DNA of 64,000 nt, taken from Eledone cirrhosa. Taxonomy: Eukaryota. A model generated the notes under the pieces. That model had not been told where the DNA came from, made no database searches, and saw only the letters and a list, made by a program, of their open reading frames with translations. The position numbers and the translations under genes are program-made. This document shows positions 11,878-24,866 of this stretch, piece after piece. The stretch covers positions 113,584,001 to 113,648,000 of the forward strand of contig OZ024741.1 in assembly GCA_964016885.1 (NCBI GenBank), read 5' to 3'. Numbering within the stretch: position 1 is the stretch's first letter; every line of letters starts with the position of its first letter.

Positions 11878-12970
11878 GTCGTTTTGGAAACCTCAACAAT
11901 GCAGATGCGTAAATCTCCGGGTAACAGAATCAAGTGGTGAAGAGAGAGATGTAAGAGGAAATGTAGAATGAGATGTATAGTGTGTAGAGGATCATAGGAA
12001 AGAGCGAAAAAAATAAAAATAATAACACAAGATAGAGTTACCTTGGGAGAGATTTAATTGTCCCTATATTTCGGATTCGCATCCATCAACTGGGGGGTTT
12101 TCCGAGGGTGAAAGTTATCTGTCGGAGAGGAACGGTACGTGGCCTCTGTTGTCTGCCATTTGTGTGTAACTGAGGTATTCTGTAGAGTCCACGTGCGTAC
12201 GGAATAGGTGCGATCAAGCAAAAGTCAAAGCAGCTCCTTTTTATTGTGGGAGTGGGATGGCGCTAGCTGTCAATCCATTGTACTACCTATATGTACTAGT
12301 CTTTGGTACTAGCAGTGTAGTAGTCTGTCTGGTCGCTTGTTGGTCGGTGGATGGTGGGGGCGCTAAACACACAATAACAATCATTTGAATGCCACTGTGT
12401 GTGTGCGTGTGTTGTTGTCTTGTTTGTTTACACAAGCTTCCTCGTCTCGCTTCTCTCAGATTGGTTGTTTATTTGTGGTCCTAGGCGTTTGATCCAAAGT
12501 GCTTCCTTGATTCGTAACGTGCCGACATTGCATTCTGTCGCTAGCACTGTGACAATGGGCCTTCTGTCTTTGTTTCCATATTCGGTTATGTGTTTCCGGA
12601 AAGACGAGACCCTGGTGTTGATGTGCTCCTTGATCTGGATATGTAGCAGCTGGATTGTGCTACCGATATAGTAGTGGTTGCACTTGTCACATTCTACCTT
12701 GTATACAATGTATGTGCATAAGCAACAGTCCGTATGGCGCATCGGACAGTTTCTGAGGGAACACGCATCAGTCGATTTCCCGGGTTTCCTGGAGAGGCAT
12801 CTCCGTAGGGAGGGGCCCGAGTGGGCCAGGTGGATGTCGAGGCCCTCTCTCCGTATAGCCCTGCGGATAGCATTGGTGGTTTTCTCGCCCAGGTGTGGGA
12901 TTTTAAGGAAGCATTTGCTTTGGGTGTTTCTCTGCCTCTTGCATCTGGTGTCTCTTACTCTGTTTTTTTT
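11878..12970 (-). mobile_element. 5'-truncated Penelope-like element, GIY-YIG endonuclease C-terminus plus 3' region
   Basis: ORF 12428-12997 ...IVYKVECDKCNHYYIGST...IKEH...KEALWIKRLGPQINNQ; flanked by atttgattttt on both sides (TSD-like). Confidence 0.85.
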
Positions 12971-14688
12971 TATTTGATTTTTAAAAAAAAAACACATTTG
13001 CCATGTTCCCTCCTTTTAACATGTTCCCATTTAACTGTTGCTAATACCTGCAAAACAAAACTCACATAGAACAGTATTGTAAAGTGAACCTTACATAAAA
13101 ATATATATATTAATCAATGACTGTGAAGAGCTATTGAAATTATTTTCCCTTTCAGCAATAAGATGGTTAATAAGAAGTTATCATCATCATCATCATCATC
13201 ATTTAACATCTGTTTGTTTCCCTGTAAAGGTTTGGTGGATCTTTGCAAACCAAGTCAGTACTGATGCAGGGCTACTGACCTCCAAGACAGGCCAGGCATT
13301 GTATCTCCCTTACATACTGTACCACACTTTACTTTGTGCATTTTATCATGCAACACCACTAGAGAAGTTGTCATGTCTTTAAATCAACCAAAGGGTTTCC
13401 TCAACCTTTTTGCAAGCTTTTTATTGATGGATGTCCTACCTATTACCAACCAATTTACAGCACGTATTGGGTGCATTTATTGTGTAGATCACCAACACTA
13501 GGGAGATTTTTGTGTCCTTGTTACAGCTGAAGAGTTCTCCCAACCCTTCCTTTAGCAAGCTTTCAACTGTTGGATATCTTTCCTATCACCAACCACTTTA
13601 TATCATGTACTAGGTGCATTTATCATGTAACTGTTAAAAGAACTTTTATTAATAGAATACAATAAAATTACATTTCCATGTGGTATCTTCTTCTTGTGAC
13701 AAGTATTATGCAAAAGAAATACATGTTATGTACTCAGTTGTAACTAATTAATTTTATTTAATATTTATGACATCTGATGTAGCTTGTGTAAAGCACCTGT
13801 GTGTGTGTAAAATGAGTGTTTGAATGTGTTATAGACATTACAATAAACAACAAAAAATAAAATTATATCACAAATTTTTAAAGATTAACTCTTGTTCCTT
13901 TAAAATTATGCTGAAGTGTTGTATCAAACCTTTGAAGCTTGAGCAATTCTCTCTACATGTTAAAGTAATTAGATAATCTAAATTTGATTCACATAAAACA
14001 CATTTGCTAATCTCCCATTTACCGTTTCCATTTATCTGTTCCTACACTGACTATCTGTAAAAAGAAACTTACAACTGGATCCACAGAACGGCACTATAAA
14101 GAGAGTTTAACATGGAAATATATAAATCAATGAACAAATGTGGAGAGACAATTTCTCCAGTAGCAACCTGATGAATTCGGTGACTGACTCAGAATCTTTG
14201 TTATCCAGCAAGATGAAAATTGGAAGTTGTTAATGTATCAGTCACTTTCTAATAAGTTTGTCGTTGAACTTATAGTAGTTTATACTTCTCATGTGCTGGG
14301 ACCTCAAACTATCTCTTTACTCACTGCTATCAAAACAGAGTTAGCCTCCAAGATTTGTGAACCCCTTGAGATAAATTGGAATGGCTATTCCAGTGCACCT
14401 CGCTTGCTCTCCTCCAGGAGAATATATCATTGTGGTAATGGTGGCAGTAATCAGTGTATTTATATACACAAACAAAACACAATTTGCAGTGATTTATAAT
14501 TTTGTTAACTTAACTTGATGAAGAACCATTAGAAATGTTCCTATTTAGCTATTTACATTTTCTCTAAACCTTATGTTTTACACAGATTGATTATTCTCAG
14601 TTAATTTTTTCATTTTGTTTTGTTTTGTGGAGAAACTTATATTTTAAATTATTACACGTATTTTCATATCTCCATTGTTCTTCTTTAG

Positions 14689-14820
14689 GGAGCAAGTATT
14701 CTGAGTATGGTAGAAGAATTCTTGGGAGAGGAGCGTTTCAGAAAAAGGCTCTGTAATTACCTGAAAAAGTTTGCTTATTCAAATGCAGTAACCAATGATT
14801 TATGGGAGATGCTGTCATCA
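14689..14820 (+). CDS. M1 aminopeptidase (aminopeptidase N / glutamyl aminopeptidase-like), internal exon A
   Basis: ttctttag|GGA...TCA|gtaagt, 132 bp, phase 0-0; GASILSMVEEFLGEERFRKRLCNYLKKFAYSNAVTNDLWEMLSS matches the M1 pattern (K)GAS.L.M...LG...F...L..YL....Y.NA...DLW. Confidence 0.92.
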
Positions 14821-16068
14821 GTAAGTTACACAAATGTCATTATCTTTTCTGCTCTAATTTTTTTGTTCTGTCTTCTTTTTCTTTCTAAACTGAAATAATG
14901 ATTTCTACTTCGGGCACAAGACCAGCAATTTTGGGAGGAGGGCAAAGTCAATTAAATCACCCCCAGTAATTGATTTTATTTTGTAAACCTTTGAAAGATG
15001 AAAGACAAAGTTGACCATGGTGGGATTTGAACTCAGAACCTAAACAGCCATAACCAAATGCTCAAAGTATTTTTTCTTTTACACTTACGATTCTACGAAT
15101 CCACTGCCCAACTTTTTAAATTGAAATAATAAATGTTTAATTCAGATTTGTTGAGATTTGATCCCAGAAATTTTGGTAGAAAAAGTTCCTATGGTAACAT
15201 AAATGCACACCTAAGGGTAATAAAAAGAAATTGTTCATAATCATCATCATCGGTCCATTTTTCCTGTTAGCAAAGGTTGGACATTATTGTTTCATGTGAC
15301 AATGTTTCCAGTGCTGGTACCATAAAACAAACCTTCTCCACCCTATAAGTTACCAATAGCAGAAATTATTAGTATTATTATTGTTGTTGTTGTTATTCGG
15401 ATTACGTAAATGTGTATTTGTTTGCTCCAAGTAAGTTTGTAAATTTTATCTGTTTAAAACCCATGTTTGTTAGATTTTTTGCAAAGGGGACATACAACAC
15501 CCATCTTTACTCTGAAGAAGGGAGTTGCCATAATATTTGGGCCTTAGGCCCAAATATTTGGACTTTGTTTTTTGCAAATAATTTTTTTGTAAAAAAATGT
15601 GGATGTATTGTGCCCCCTCTCATTAAACCAGATGTCATCATAGTGGAGGTGGGGATGGTGTCACTCCTCTCATTGCGAGGAGTGACACCATCCCCACCTC
15701 CACTATGATGAAGAGTGTTACCACTGCCACCACTACAGGCTGTATCACCAACAACAAAAACAAAACAAACGAAAGCAGCAATGGCAATAATTGTTTCTAC
15801 TTTTGGCACAAGGCCAGCAATTACCCAGTGCATTACTGGTACTTATGACAATAATGACAACAACACCAACAATAACTGCAGCAAAGAAAACAATAACACC
15901 TACAGGACGAACAGCGAAAAAAAGGTGAGAGCAGCAATTTCAACAATGACAACAACTGCATCAATGACATCAACAAGGGGGTTAATGAGGAATTAGATAC
16001 TTTTGTTCATTTGTCCCATGGTTTTAATTATTTTATCCATGTGCCATGTTGCTATATATATATATATA

Positions 16069-16324
16069 ATATATAAGATCAAAAGATGGTTAAAAGAGTT
16101 CCATGTATTTTATTATGCGCATTTCAAAAACAAATATCATCATGCAATAACATTTGTGTTTTCATCAGATAAAATAGGAAGACATGATATGAAGGTTAAA
16201 AAACACTTGTGAATAGTGCAGTTTTAAATCAACAAATAGTGTTTTTTAACCTTCATATCATGTCTTCCTATTTTATCTGATGAAAACACAAATGTTATTG
16301 CATGATGATATTTGTTTTTGAAAT
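16069..16324. repeat. Inverted repeat carrying hammerheads; right arm continues at 18507-18555 after the RTE insertion
   Basis: 16069-16209 is the reverse complement of 16238-16324 plus 18507-18555. Confidence 0.85.
16106..16176 (-). ncRNA. Type I hammerhead ribozyme motif
   Basis: tattttat CTGATGA aaacacaaat...atttgttttt GAAAT gcgc ATA ataaaata; 8-bp stem I, palindromic stem III ATGCGCAT. Confidence 0.75.
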
Positions 16325-18506
16325 CATCATCATCATCATCAACGTTTAACGTCCGTGTTCCACGCTTGCATGGGTTTGGACGGGGGTAGTCCCACTTGAG
16401 GCAAGAGTGATTGTCTTGCTCGCATAGGACTGTCTGGCAGGTTTTCTACAGTTGGATGCCCTTCCTAACACCAACCACATTTACAGTGTGGGTCTGGGAG
16501 GTTTTTACCGTGTTGCCTACACGGCCACATTACAGCGTGGACTGTGTGTTTTTTTGTCGTGACACCTACATGATCTCATTTGTTTCGGCCTGGATGGCGC
16601 GGCACCAACATAACTTTACATAGAACGGGGTGGTGTGGATGGGGTGGGGGTGGTGGCGGGACGGGGTGTATTTTGTTAGAGATGCCTACTGGCAAGGCGG
16701 GTCTTCTCTGTTACTGAGTACCGCCAAAGGTCACGGTCCAGTGACATTGTCTTGGAGAGGTGTAAGTGTGTGAGGTCGGAGTTTATCAGCTCATCCCATG
16801 TTTTTCTAGGTCTGCCTATTCCGTGGCTACCGTCTATCTTTATTGCCCTGCACTTTGTAATACAGCTATCGACTTTCATGCGCATCACGTGTCCATACCA
16901 ACGCAGCCTTCTCTCGAGTAAACAACATCTGATCCCTCTTATCTCTAATTTTTTCCTTAGTTCGTTTATGCTTTGCCGTTCACGTATATTACTGTTACAC
17001 ATCCAGCGGAGCATGCAAGCTTCGTTCCTCTCTAGTCTGCGTATATCCTCTGCACACAATGCCCAGGTCTCACTACCATGCAACATTGCTGTTCGTATGC
17101 AGGCATCGTACAACCTGCCTTTCATTTTTAGGGAGAACCCTTTAGCAGCTAATAGTGGTATAAGCTCTCTGAACTTTTTCCAACCAGTTCTGACTCTAGC
17201 TACAGTACTTTCAGAGCACCCTCCCCCACTGCTGATTTTATCGCCCAGGTAACGGAAGCTGTCCACTATTTCTATAGAACCCTCTGCGCAATTGAAAGAG
17301 CTAGTATTTTGTGGGCACTTGCTGCTACTTATTGCACCAGAACACCGGCCACATGTAAAGTCTATGTTCTTAGTTAGCTTACCTGTGATCCCACTACATC
17401 TTTTATGCACCCATACTTTGCATTTAGGACATAAGATGGAGTTTCTACCTACGCCTTTCCTACATACCGAGCACGACCATTTCCCAGAAGGGACTGCCGC
17501 CTTGTTTTCTTTCCTACAAACTAGAACTTTGGTCTTAGCCAGGTTAATTTTAAGTCCTTTTGACTCTAGGCCGTGCTTCCATGTTTGGAATTTCTTCTCT
17601 AGCTCGGCCATTGATTCCGCTATGAGTGTCAGGTCGTCTGCGTATAGGAGTTCCCATGGGCAGCCTGTCTTGAACTCCTCTGTTATAGCCTGAAGGGCAA
17701 TAATAAATAGTAGGGGGCTGAGAACAGAGCCCTGATGGACGCCAACTTTTACGCTAAACTCTTCAATATATTCGTTGTTAATTCTAACCTTGCTGACTGT
17801 TTCTTTATACATGGCTTGTATAGCCCTCACAAGCCATTCGTCAACGCCTAGTTTTCTAAGAGCCCACCAGATAATGGAGCGGGGGACTCTGTCGAAGGCT
17901 TTCTCCAGGTCGACAAAAGCTAAGTAGAGGGGTTTACCTTTAGCTAGGTACTTCTCCTGTAGTTGTCGTACTATGAAAAGAGCGTCTGTGGTGCTTTTGC
18001 CTGACACAAACCCGAACTGCATTTCATCTAGATTGATTCTCTCTCTGATTAGTTGCGCTATTACTTTTTCCGTGACCTTCATGACCTGGTCGATTAATTT
18101 AATGCCTCTATAGTTACTCCTATCTAGGGCGTCTCCTTTACCCTTATAACAGTTAACGATGATGCTGCTATGCCAGTCCTTCGGAACAACCCCATTCTGT
18201 ACGACTTGGTTAACTATGCGGGTGACCATGGTGTGTCCCACCGTGCCAGATGCCTTCAGCATCTCAGCAACTATTTCCGAAGGCCCAGCCGCCTTACCAG
18301 TCTTCATATCCTTGATTGCCTTACTTATTATACTCCCCTCGACTAACACTGCTGGTCCCTCTATCGGGTCGATAAGGGGGAGACTGTCTTTCTCCCATTT
18401 ATTCTCCTCATTTAGTAGCCTTTCATAGTGACACTTCCAAGCTACCTTCTTATCAGTGTCGGTGATGGCAAGTATGCCATCATCGTTAAGTACACACTTC
18501 TCCCCG
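16325..18506 (-). mobile_element. 5'-truncated young RTE LINE with uninterrupted RT ORF
   Basis: ORF 16676-18541 (621 aa): NYRGIKL, QFGF, AFVDLEKAFDRV, GVHQGSVLSP, LLYADD, CxxC...CxxC...HxxC...CxxC; (CAT)n tail at 16325. Confidence 0.97.
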
Positions 18507-19132
18507 GCGCATAATAAAATACATGGAACTCTTTTAACCATCTTTTGATCTTATATATTATGTATATTCCAGTCCTACAAACTGTAGAGTGCTTCTTATC
18601 CGATATCTGCATTGCTTTATTGTACTACAATAAAACTCACCTCCTACATATATATATATATATATGTGAAAAAGACCCTTAGAACATACAACCTGACCCC
18701 CACCACCACCAGTGCTTGGGGTCACACTATTTGGCATGTTCTCAGTACATTTGGAGCAAACCCTGATGCCAGTCTGGAGGAAAAGAGAACCCAGCTGAAA
18801 AAGCTGTTACAAAGAAGAGCCCAGCAGAATCCAGATATTTCCCTGCAACTGCTATGGATGGATCTGCTGATACCGGACCAGTCATATCAGTCACCAGTAT
18901 ACCTGCACACAAAGTGAACAGAAATAGCCCAACCTTCAATAGAATTTTTGCTAACATACATAACAAATATATATATTTGCTCATCATTTTTTCAAAATAT
19001 TTATATCTGCATCCATGGATTAATTTATCTCAGTTTCAGATTCTATATAATGTTCAAAACAAAAATTGTTTGCTTAAAATTTTAATCTGTGCTAATACTA
19101 AATATATATATATATATGTATGTATGTATATA

Positions 19133-20281
19133 TTTCCACAAAATACATATAGTTAGCACTAAATTGTGTTTATACTAACGTACACACTAAATTGGGTTTA
19201 TACTAACGTATAACCTAATGTTTGTTGAGTGAGATGGTTACCAGTCGGAGTTTAGCGTAAAGCTTTCTCTGTTATTGTATTAAATATTTTACTCTTGATT
19301 TGGCCAGAGATTTTTATTTCCAGGTACCTTATAAACATGACTTTCCATATTTCTTACTGTTATGAGATATTGTTTGTTTTTTGGTTATCACTTCTCTGAT
19401 TTTAGCCTAAGAAAATATCTATATGCGTGTGTAAATAATTACATGCATACATTTATTTTTTAAATTAATTGAGTTCTTAGCACGCGTAATTGATATTGGT
19501 TTTGAAATAACTAATTAACCCGCGTGTATTAAATATTTTACTCTTAATTTGGCCAGAGATTTACATTCCCAAATGCCTTTTAAGGCGTAACTTTCCGTAT
19601 TTATTACAGTTGTGAGATATTGCTCGTTATTCAGGTATCACTTCTCTGTTTTTAGCCTAAGAAAATATCTATATGCGTGTGTAATTAATACACGCATACA
19701 TTTATTTTTTTTTAATTAATTGAGTTCTTAACACGCAGGATTGATAATGTTTTTGAAAAAACTAGTTAACCCACGTGTATATTATTTTTCTTTTCTCGTG
19801 ACTCGTGATTGTCTCCCTTTCCCGCTTCGTGACGCTATGATACTTCCTCAGTCAAAGGATTGCTGGAATTTCAAATTTGGCGGTCATTCGATGCGTGAAG
19901 GGACAAATTAGCGGACACGAAAATTAACTGCGGTAACTAATTTTTTCTTATATCAAAGTTTAATGGGCTTCCACTGACGATTTATAAGTGCCCACCTAAT
20001 TATATTCTTACATGAAAATATATTAGGCTTCTACATAAACTGGAAACATTCTCCCAACTTGTAGGAAACTGATAATGAAACAATTGTTTGGAAAGAGAGA
20101 TGTATTTTAACTTTAATTATATCTCATATAAAATAATACAACTGGCTTTCCACAAAATACATATAGTTAGCACCCCAGACACTAAATTGGGTTTATACTA
20201 ACGTATAACCTAATGTTTGTTGAGTGAGATGGTTACCAGTCAGAGTTTAGCGTAAAGCTTTCTCTGTTATTGTATTAAATA
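19133..20281 (+). mobile_element. Terminally redundant ~1.0-kb non-coding unit with a hammerhead (family C)
   Basis: Direct repeats 19133-~19286 / 20147-20281; internal ~250-bp tandem 19277-19780; (TA)n on both flanks; related fragment at 55590-55702(-). Confidence 0.7.
19969..20093 (+). ncRNA. Type I hammerhead motif with enlarged stem II
   Basis: ttcca CTGACGA(19974-80) tttataagt...actgataat GAAAC(20077) aatt GTT tggaa. Confidence 0.65.
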
Positions 20282-20933
20282 TCATATATATATATATACA
20301 GTAGAGGAAGACCATTGCTCCAGTTTACTCAGCTGTAGAAATGAGATGATAGGACTGGGTCCCTATCATTCCACTGCTAAGTGGTCGTGGAGGTGCCACG
20401 GCAAAAAAGCACCGACCACTCACTGTAAATGAGGTTGGTGTTAGGAAGGGCATCCAGCTGTAAAAAATCAAGCCACAATCAGTTCCCGTCCCACCTTGCA
20501 AGCAGGGAAAAGCGGACGCAAAATGATGATGATGATGATGATGGTGATCCATCCATGGACCCTGAATTCCTAATAGAATCATAGTAACATCATTGTAACA
20601 TAATTGGATATTTAAACCTGTCTGATGCCATCTTTCTCCAGTTTTGAACACAGCTGATTTCTTCCTGAACTAGAGGAAGAGAAAAAGAAGAATCAATCCC
20701 AGTGCTGGATTGATACTTTATTTGAAAGCACATACAATATTTTATACAAGAGTCTTACTATGAATGCTTTGAAGGTACTGGAAAGGGTGGAAGCATAAGT
20801 TGATTTCAAGGAGTTTGAACTGTCAAATTGCAGAGAACCAGAATAAATATAGCAAAGAATTCTATCTGAGGTTCTTAAAAATTCACAGGTCATTAGAATA
20901 TCAAATAAAATGGTTCACAATATATATATATAT

Positions 20934-20935
<2 letters not shown>

Positions 20936-21006
<71 letters not shown>

Positions 21007-21016
21007 AGAGAGAGAG
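20936..21016. repeat. (GA)n microsatellite
   Basis: Pure gagaga run. Confidence 0.95.
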
Positions 21017-22261
21017 AATATAAGCATGGCCTGGAACCCATAAAGCAGGATTCAAAATATCTTTTATTTCCAATTTTCATCAGTAGGCAGGAAACTAGAA
21101 AGTAAATAAACATATTTTTCTTGCGCTAATTCCCATAAAACATTTGAAAGTTCAAAGTTCTGTGCTGGAACACACATTTTTACAATGGTCCATGTTTAAA
21201 ATATTTCTCTTTATCATGATGGGCAATTCCAAATATCACCCTAGTAAAAAAATATCAAACATGTTTCGCACATTATATACACACATATATATATATATAA
21301 TGCATATTAAAGTGCTTAGCTCACAGTTAAAATAAATAATAACAATTATGAGGAGACATAATATTTCACATAAAATATAAATAGTATATATTTTGATACA
21401 TATGACAAAATACTTGATATAAAATTTATAATATAAAACGAGTTATGATATAATAATTTATAGAACATATCATATGAATATAGGAAATATAAGAATAAAG
21501 CTTGGAGCTTATAAAATAGAATGTTGAATCTCTTATCTCCGATTCTTGTCAGCAGATTCTTGAGAACGTATATCGTTTACTTCATTTTATCACTTTCTTC
21601 TCTAAAAGATAGAACCGTCATAAAAATGTCAGTGTTTTCTTTAAGAACTATTTCTTCCAGTTTTTGATTTAGTGATGAGCTTGCTTAGATCGTCTTCCTC
21701 AGCATTATCATGATTTTATGTCTGCTTTTCCATGCCTGCATGGGTTGGACAGGTCTTCCTCAGCATAGCTTTTCTCCACTGGTTTTATTTCTTCATTATC
21801 ATTTCTGTGAGATTCAGGATTTTGAGATCAGCTCTCACCTTGGTCTTCTCCTTCTACAGCTTCCTTCCGCTGGGGTCTATTATCACTTCTTCATCCTACA
21901 ATTATCATCTGTATATGTATTATGTGTCTATACCAGTGCAATCTTCTCTTCTTGCACACTCTTCATTAAATTTTTGCATGTGTGGGGTTAGCTGAATTGT
22001 AAAGCATCAGACAAAATATTTTGTGATATTTGTTCTAGATTTTTAGGTTCTAATTTCAAATCCAATTCTGGTCAACTTTGCCGTTCATTCTTCCAGAGCC
22101 GATAAAATATAACTGGAATCCTTTCAATCAATTATATCCCACTCTAAAAGTGTTTCTGGTCTTGTGTCTAAATTAGAAATGCTGGCCTTGTGCTAATGTT
22201 AGAAAGAATTAATTATAGCATTTGTGTGGCATTGATCCAGCATAATATATTTTAGATCTAA

Positions 22262-22476
22262 TTATGGTTTCTTATATAGGTACAAGGCCATCAATTTTGG
22301 GGAAGAGGAAAGTCGATTAAATCGACCCCAGTGCGTGACTGGTACTTTATTTTATCGACCTTGTAAGGATGAAAGGCAAAGTTAACCTCGACGGTATTTG
22401 AACTCAGATCATAAAGAGACGTAACTCTATGCTGCAAAGCATGGTGTCCAACCCTCTAGCAATACTGCCAATCCAC
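22262..22476 (-). mobile_element. SINE family 2
   Basis: ctggtactttattttatcgacc...aatactgccaatcca. Further copies at ~14900-15110(-), 37720-37904(+), 38146-38247(+), 40355-40537(-), 44004-44187(-) and 50798-50980(-). Confidence 0.8.
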
Positions 22477-23103
22477 CGAGATCTTCTTAACAAAACTTTC
22501 ATACATAAAATTATGATGGAAAGTTTTAATATAAGTATGTATAATTTAAAGCAGGTAGCTTCATACATGTCAGACAGATTAGTATTAAAAATGCAAAAAG
22601 CTCTAAGAAGAGTCATTAGCAAGTTAGTTATATCACTAAATCCTTAAAATTCTTGATTATTTTCAAAATTAATTTAACATCAGAGGTAGAAACTTATATT
22701 GAAATATTGTGACAGAAGGATTAATGTCAGACCATATATCTGTTAGTAAACTCTTGGAATTTCATTCCAGCTTAACACTTGCGTTTTCAAAGAAGCATCA
22801 TGGATTGTGGAAAGATGTCAAATAAATAATTGATAATAAGAGATAACTCATAAAATAAATTCTCTTTGATAATATATTTATTTTGTATTTTGCAGGATTT
22901 ATCTGATAAAAACAATTCACAGGTGAGATTTGCCACTCTTTGATATTTTATCTTTTTATCTGTTCTTATATGGAAGCCTCTGTTATATATATATATAAAC
23001 ATGAAACAGATTACACTTTTCAAAGCATATATATTTTATGTTTGGCAAAGTATTTGATTATTAATATAATCATTTGTGTTTCACCTTCTTTCAGTTTTGT
23101 TGT

Positions 23104-23149
<46 letters not shown>

Positions 23150-23411
23150 GCTGCTGCTGATTTCTAATTCAGGCACAAGGCCTGCAATTTTCTTTCTGTG
23201 GGGAGGAAAGTTGATTTTATTCACACCACTATTTGACTTATATTTTATTTGTAACATGAAAGGCAGGGTTGACTTCAGCATAATTTCAACTTACAAGGCT
23301 TTTATCTAAGACTCAGTGAAAAGCTTTATTGGCGTCAACGTCAAACAACTTGCTTTCACCAGAGATCTTAAGTACAAAAAAAACTGGTATATCATACAGC
23401 TTGTATCTTTT

Positions 23412-23512
23412 GTATATGATATGGATCTGGACCTTGGTATATGATATGGATCAGGACCTTGGTATATGATATATATCATAACTTTGGTATATGATATATA
23501 TCATAACCTTGG
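23412..23512. repeat. Minisatellite, ~23-25-bp unit (ggtatatgatat..atca..acctt) x4
   Basis: Direct reading. (CTA)n lies nearby at 23103-23150. Confidence 0.8.
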
Positions 23513-24424
23513 TAGATCAGACATTATAGAAAACCTATTGGCAATCACCGAGAGAAGAAAGAGACTTACAATGATGCTTGTTTATGGATGATGTTAGAGA
23601 TAGAAAGAAAAGGGCCACTAGTTGACAGATGTTGCCCATACAAGTATATTCAGAATAATAGATTTACGAGAACTGGAAGTTTTTCATCAATCAAGGAGTC
23701 TGATCTTTGTAGGATTAATCTTCCATAGCTCCCATAATATAAATTAATCCCTTAAATGTCACCTGTCCATATACATCAATATCATTATCATCATCATCAT
23801 TTAATGTCCATTTTTCTATGCTGGCTTTAGCTGAATGGGCTATCACTGACCAAGCCAGTACTTAATAGAAGTTACTAACCTCCCACGTGGACTGAGGGAT
23901 GCATAACACTTACATACATTCCAGTTTGGAATCGTTTCTATGGGCAAAAATCTTTCCTATCACCAGCCACTGTACAGAGTGTAGAGGGTGCATTTTATCA
24001 TGGCACCAGATGCACTATGGTATTTGTTCCAGTTCTTTGCAATCTGAGTTCAAATGAAACTGATAATACATCACCCAGATTATCACCACCACCTCACACA
24101 TGGTACTAATAATGGAGTTCACACCGTTGCAAACATTGAAGCCAAGTTCCCAGTGTGAAGATACCTTCCTTATTTTCACCAGTCTGGGATTTCCTTGAAA
24201 GGGTCATGTGCATAGCCCCCCACTCCATGACTAATCAATACAAAAATAATTATTTTAATTATAAAAGAAACTGATATAGCCTGTTCAGAATAAGAACACC
24301 ATGCTCCTCCATGCCATAGGAAGTGACTAAAAACGTTGGCATCAGGAAGGACATCTGGCTGTAAAACATTGCCTCAAACCACTCTGTCCAACACATACCA
24401 GCAGATATATATGTGTGTATGTAA

Positions 24425-24831
24425 ACCATCACTAAGTCCAATGGGCAATCCGTTGTGTGGACTATGTATTGATAAACGAATAAATATTCTAAAGATATTA
24501 CGCAATAGTGATTGCCTAAACACGAGAAATGAATTCTTCACACGTTGTTCACACGTCTGGAAACACCTCTTACATAATTACAAAGCTCCGGATTGAATTA
24601 AAACAACATCCTAATTTTCTTATCAACCAGAAACTTTTGGACTTTTGCAGTTATCTCCCTTACACCTCTCGCACGCAATTTAGTATTGCCTGTGTGAAGT
24701 GATCGTTTCTGTGCATGCGCGTTCGTATGGTTGTCCTTCCTGTTCCGTATAACCATGTCCATTATGAGCTGAGGATCTACTAAGGTGAAACAATTGTTCT
24801 CGGTATGGTGAACTAACTGTTGTGTAACCAC

Positions 24832-24835
<4 letters not shown>
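24425..24835 (+). mobile_element. Penelope-like element 3' end (ORF terminus plus pLTR)
   Basis: CGLCIDKR...LNTRNEFFTRCSH...; highly similar to 52440-52897. Confidence 0.85.
24766..24801 (+). ncRNA. Minimal type I hammerhead in PLE pLTR
   Basis: gag CTGAGGA tctactaaggt GAAAC aatt GTT ctc. Confidence 0.6.

Positions 24836-24866
<31 letters not shown>

Noticed and set aside
12060-12098. Possible HHR in the 3' region of the minus-strand PLE (ggat-gcga-atcc GAAA tata ggg)
   Set aside because: The CTGANGA box is not intact; too degenerate to call.
13870-14030. CVLC-x11-CRENCSSFKG resembles eclosion-hormone or CHH cysteine spacing
   Set aside because: Only 4 of 6 cysteines, no signal-peptide exon found, a frameshift, and the paralog does not conserve the pattern.
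1-14688. Expected upstream aminopeptidase exon (...FD.ISY.K); likewise the downstream exon (N...GYYRVNY) expected after 40067
   Set aside because: Not found by eye; probably outside the window, though a miss cannot be excluded without spliced alignment.
20640-20800. Protein-like frame FLPELEEEKKKNQSQCWIDTLF... after a pyrimidine-AG
   Set aside because: In-frame stops at both ends, no family match, and exons A and B already join seamlessly.
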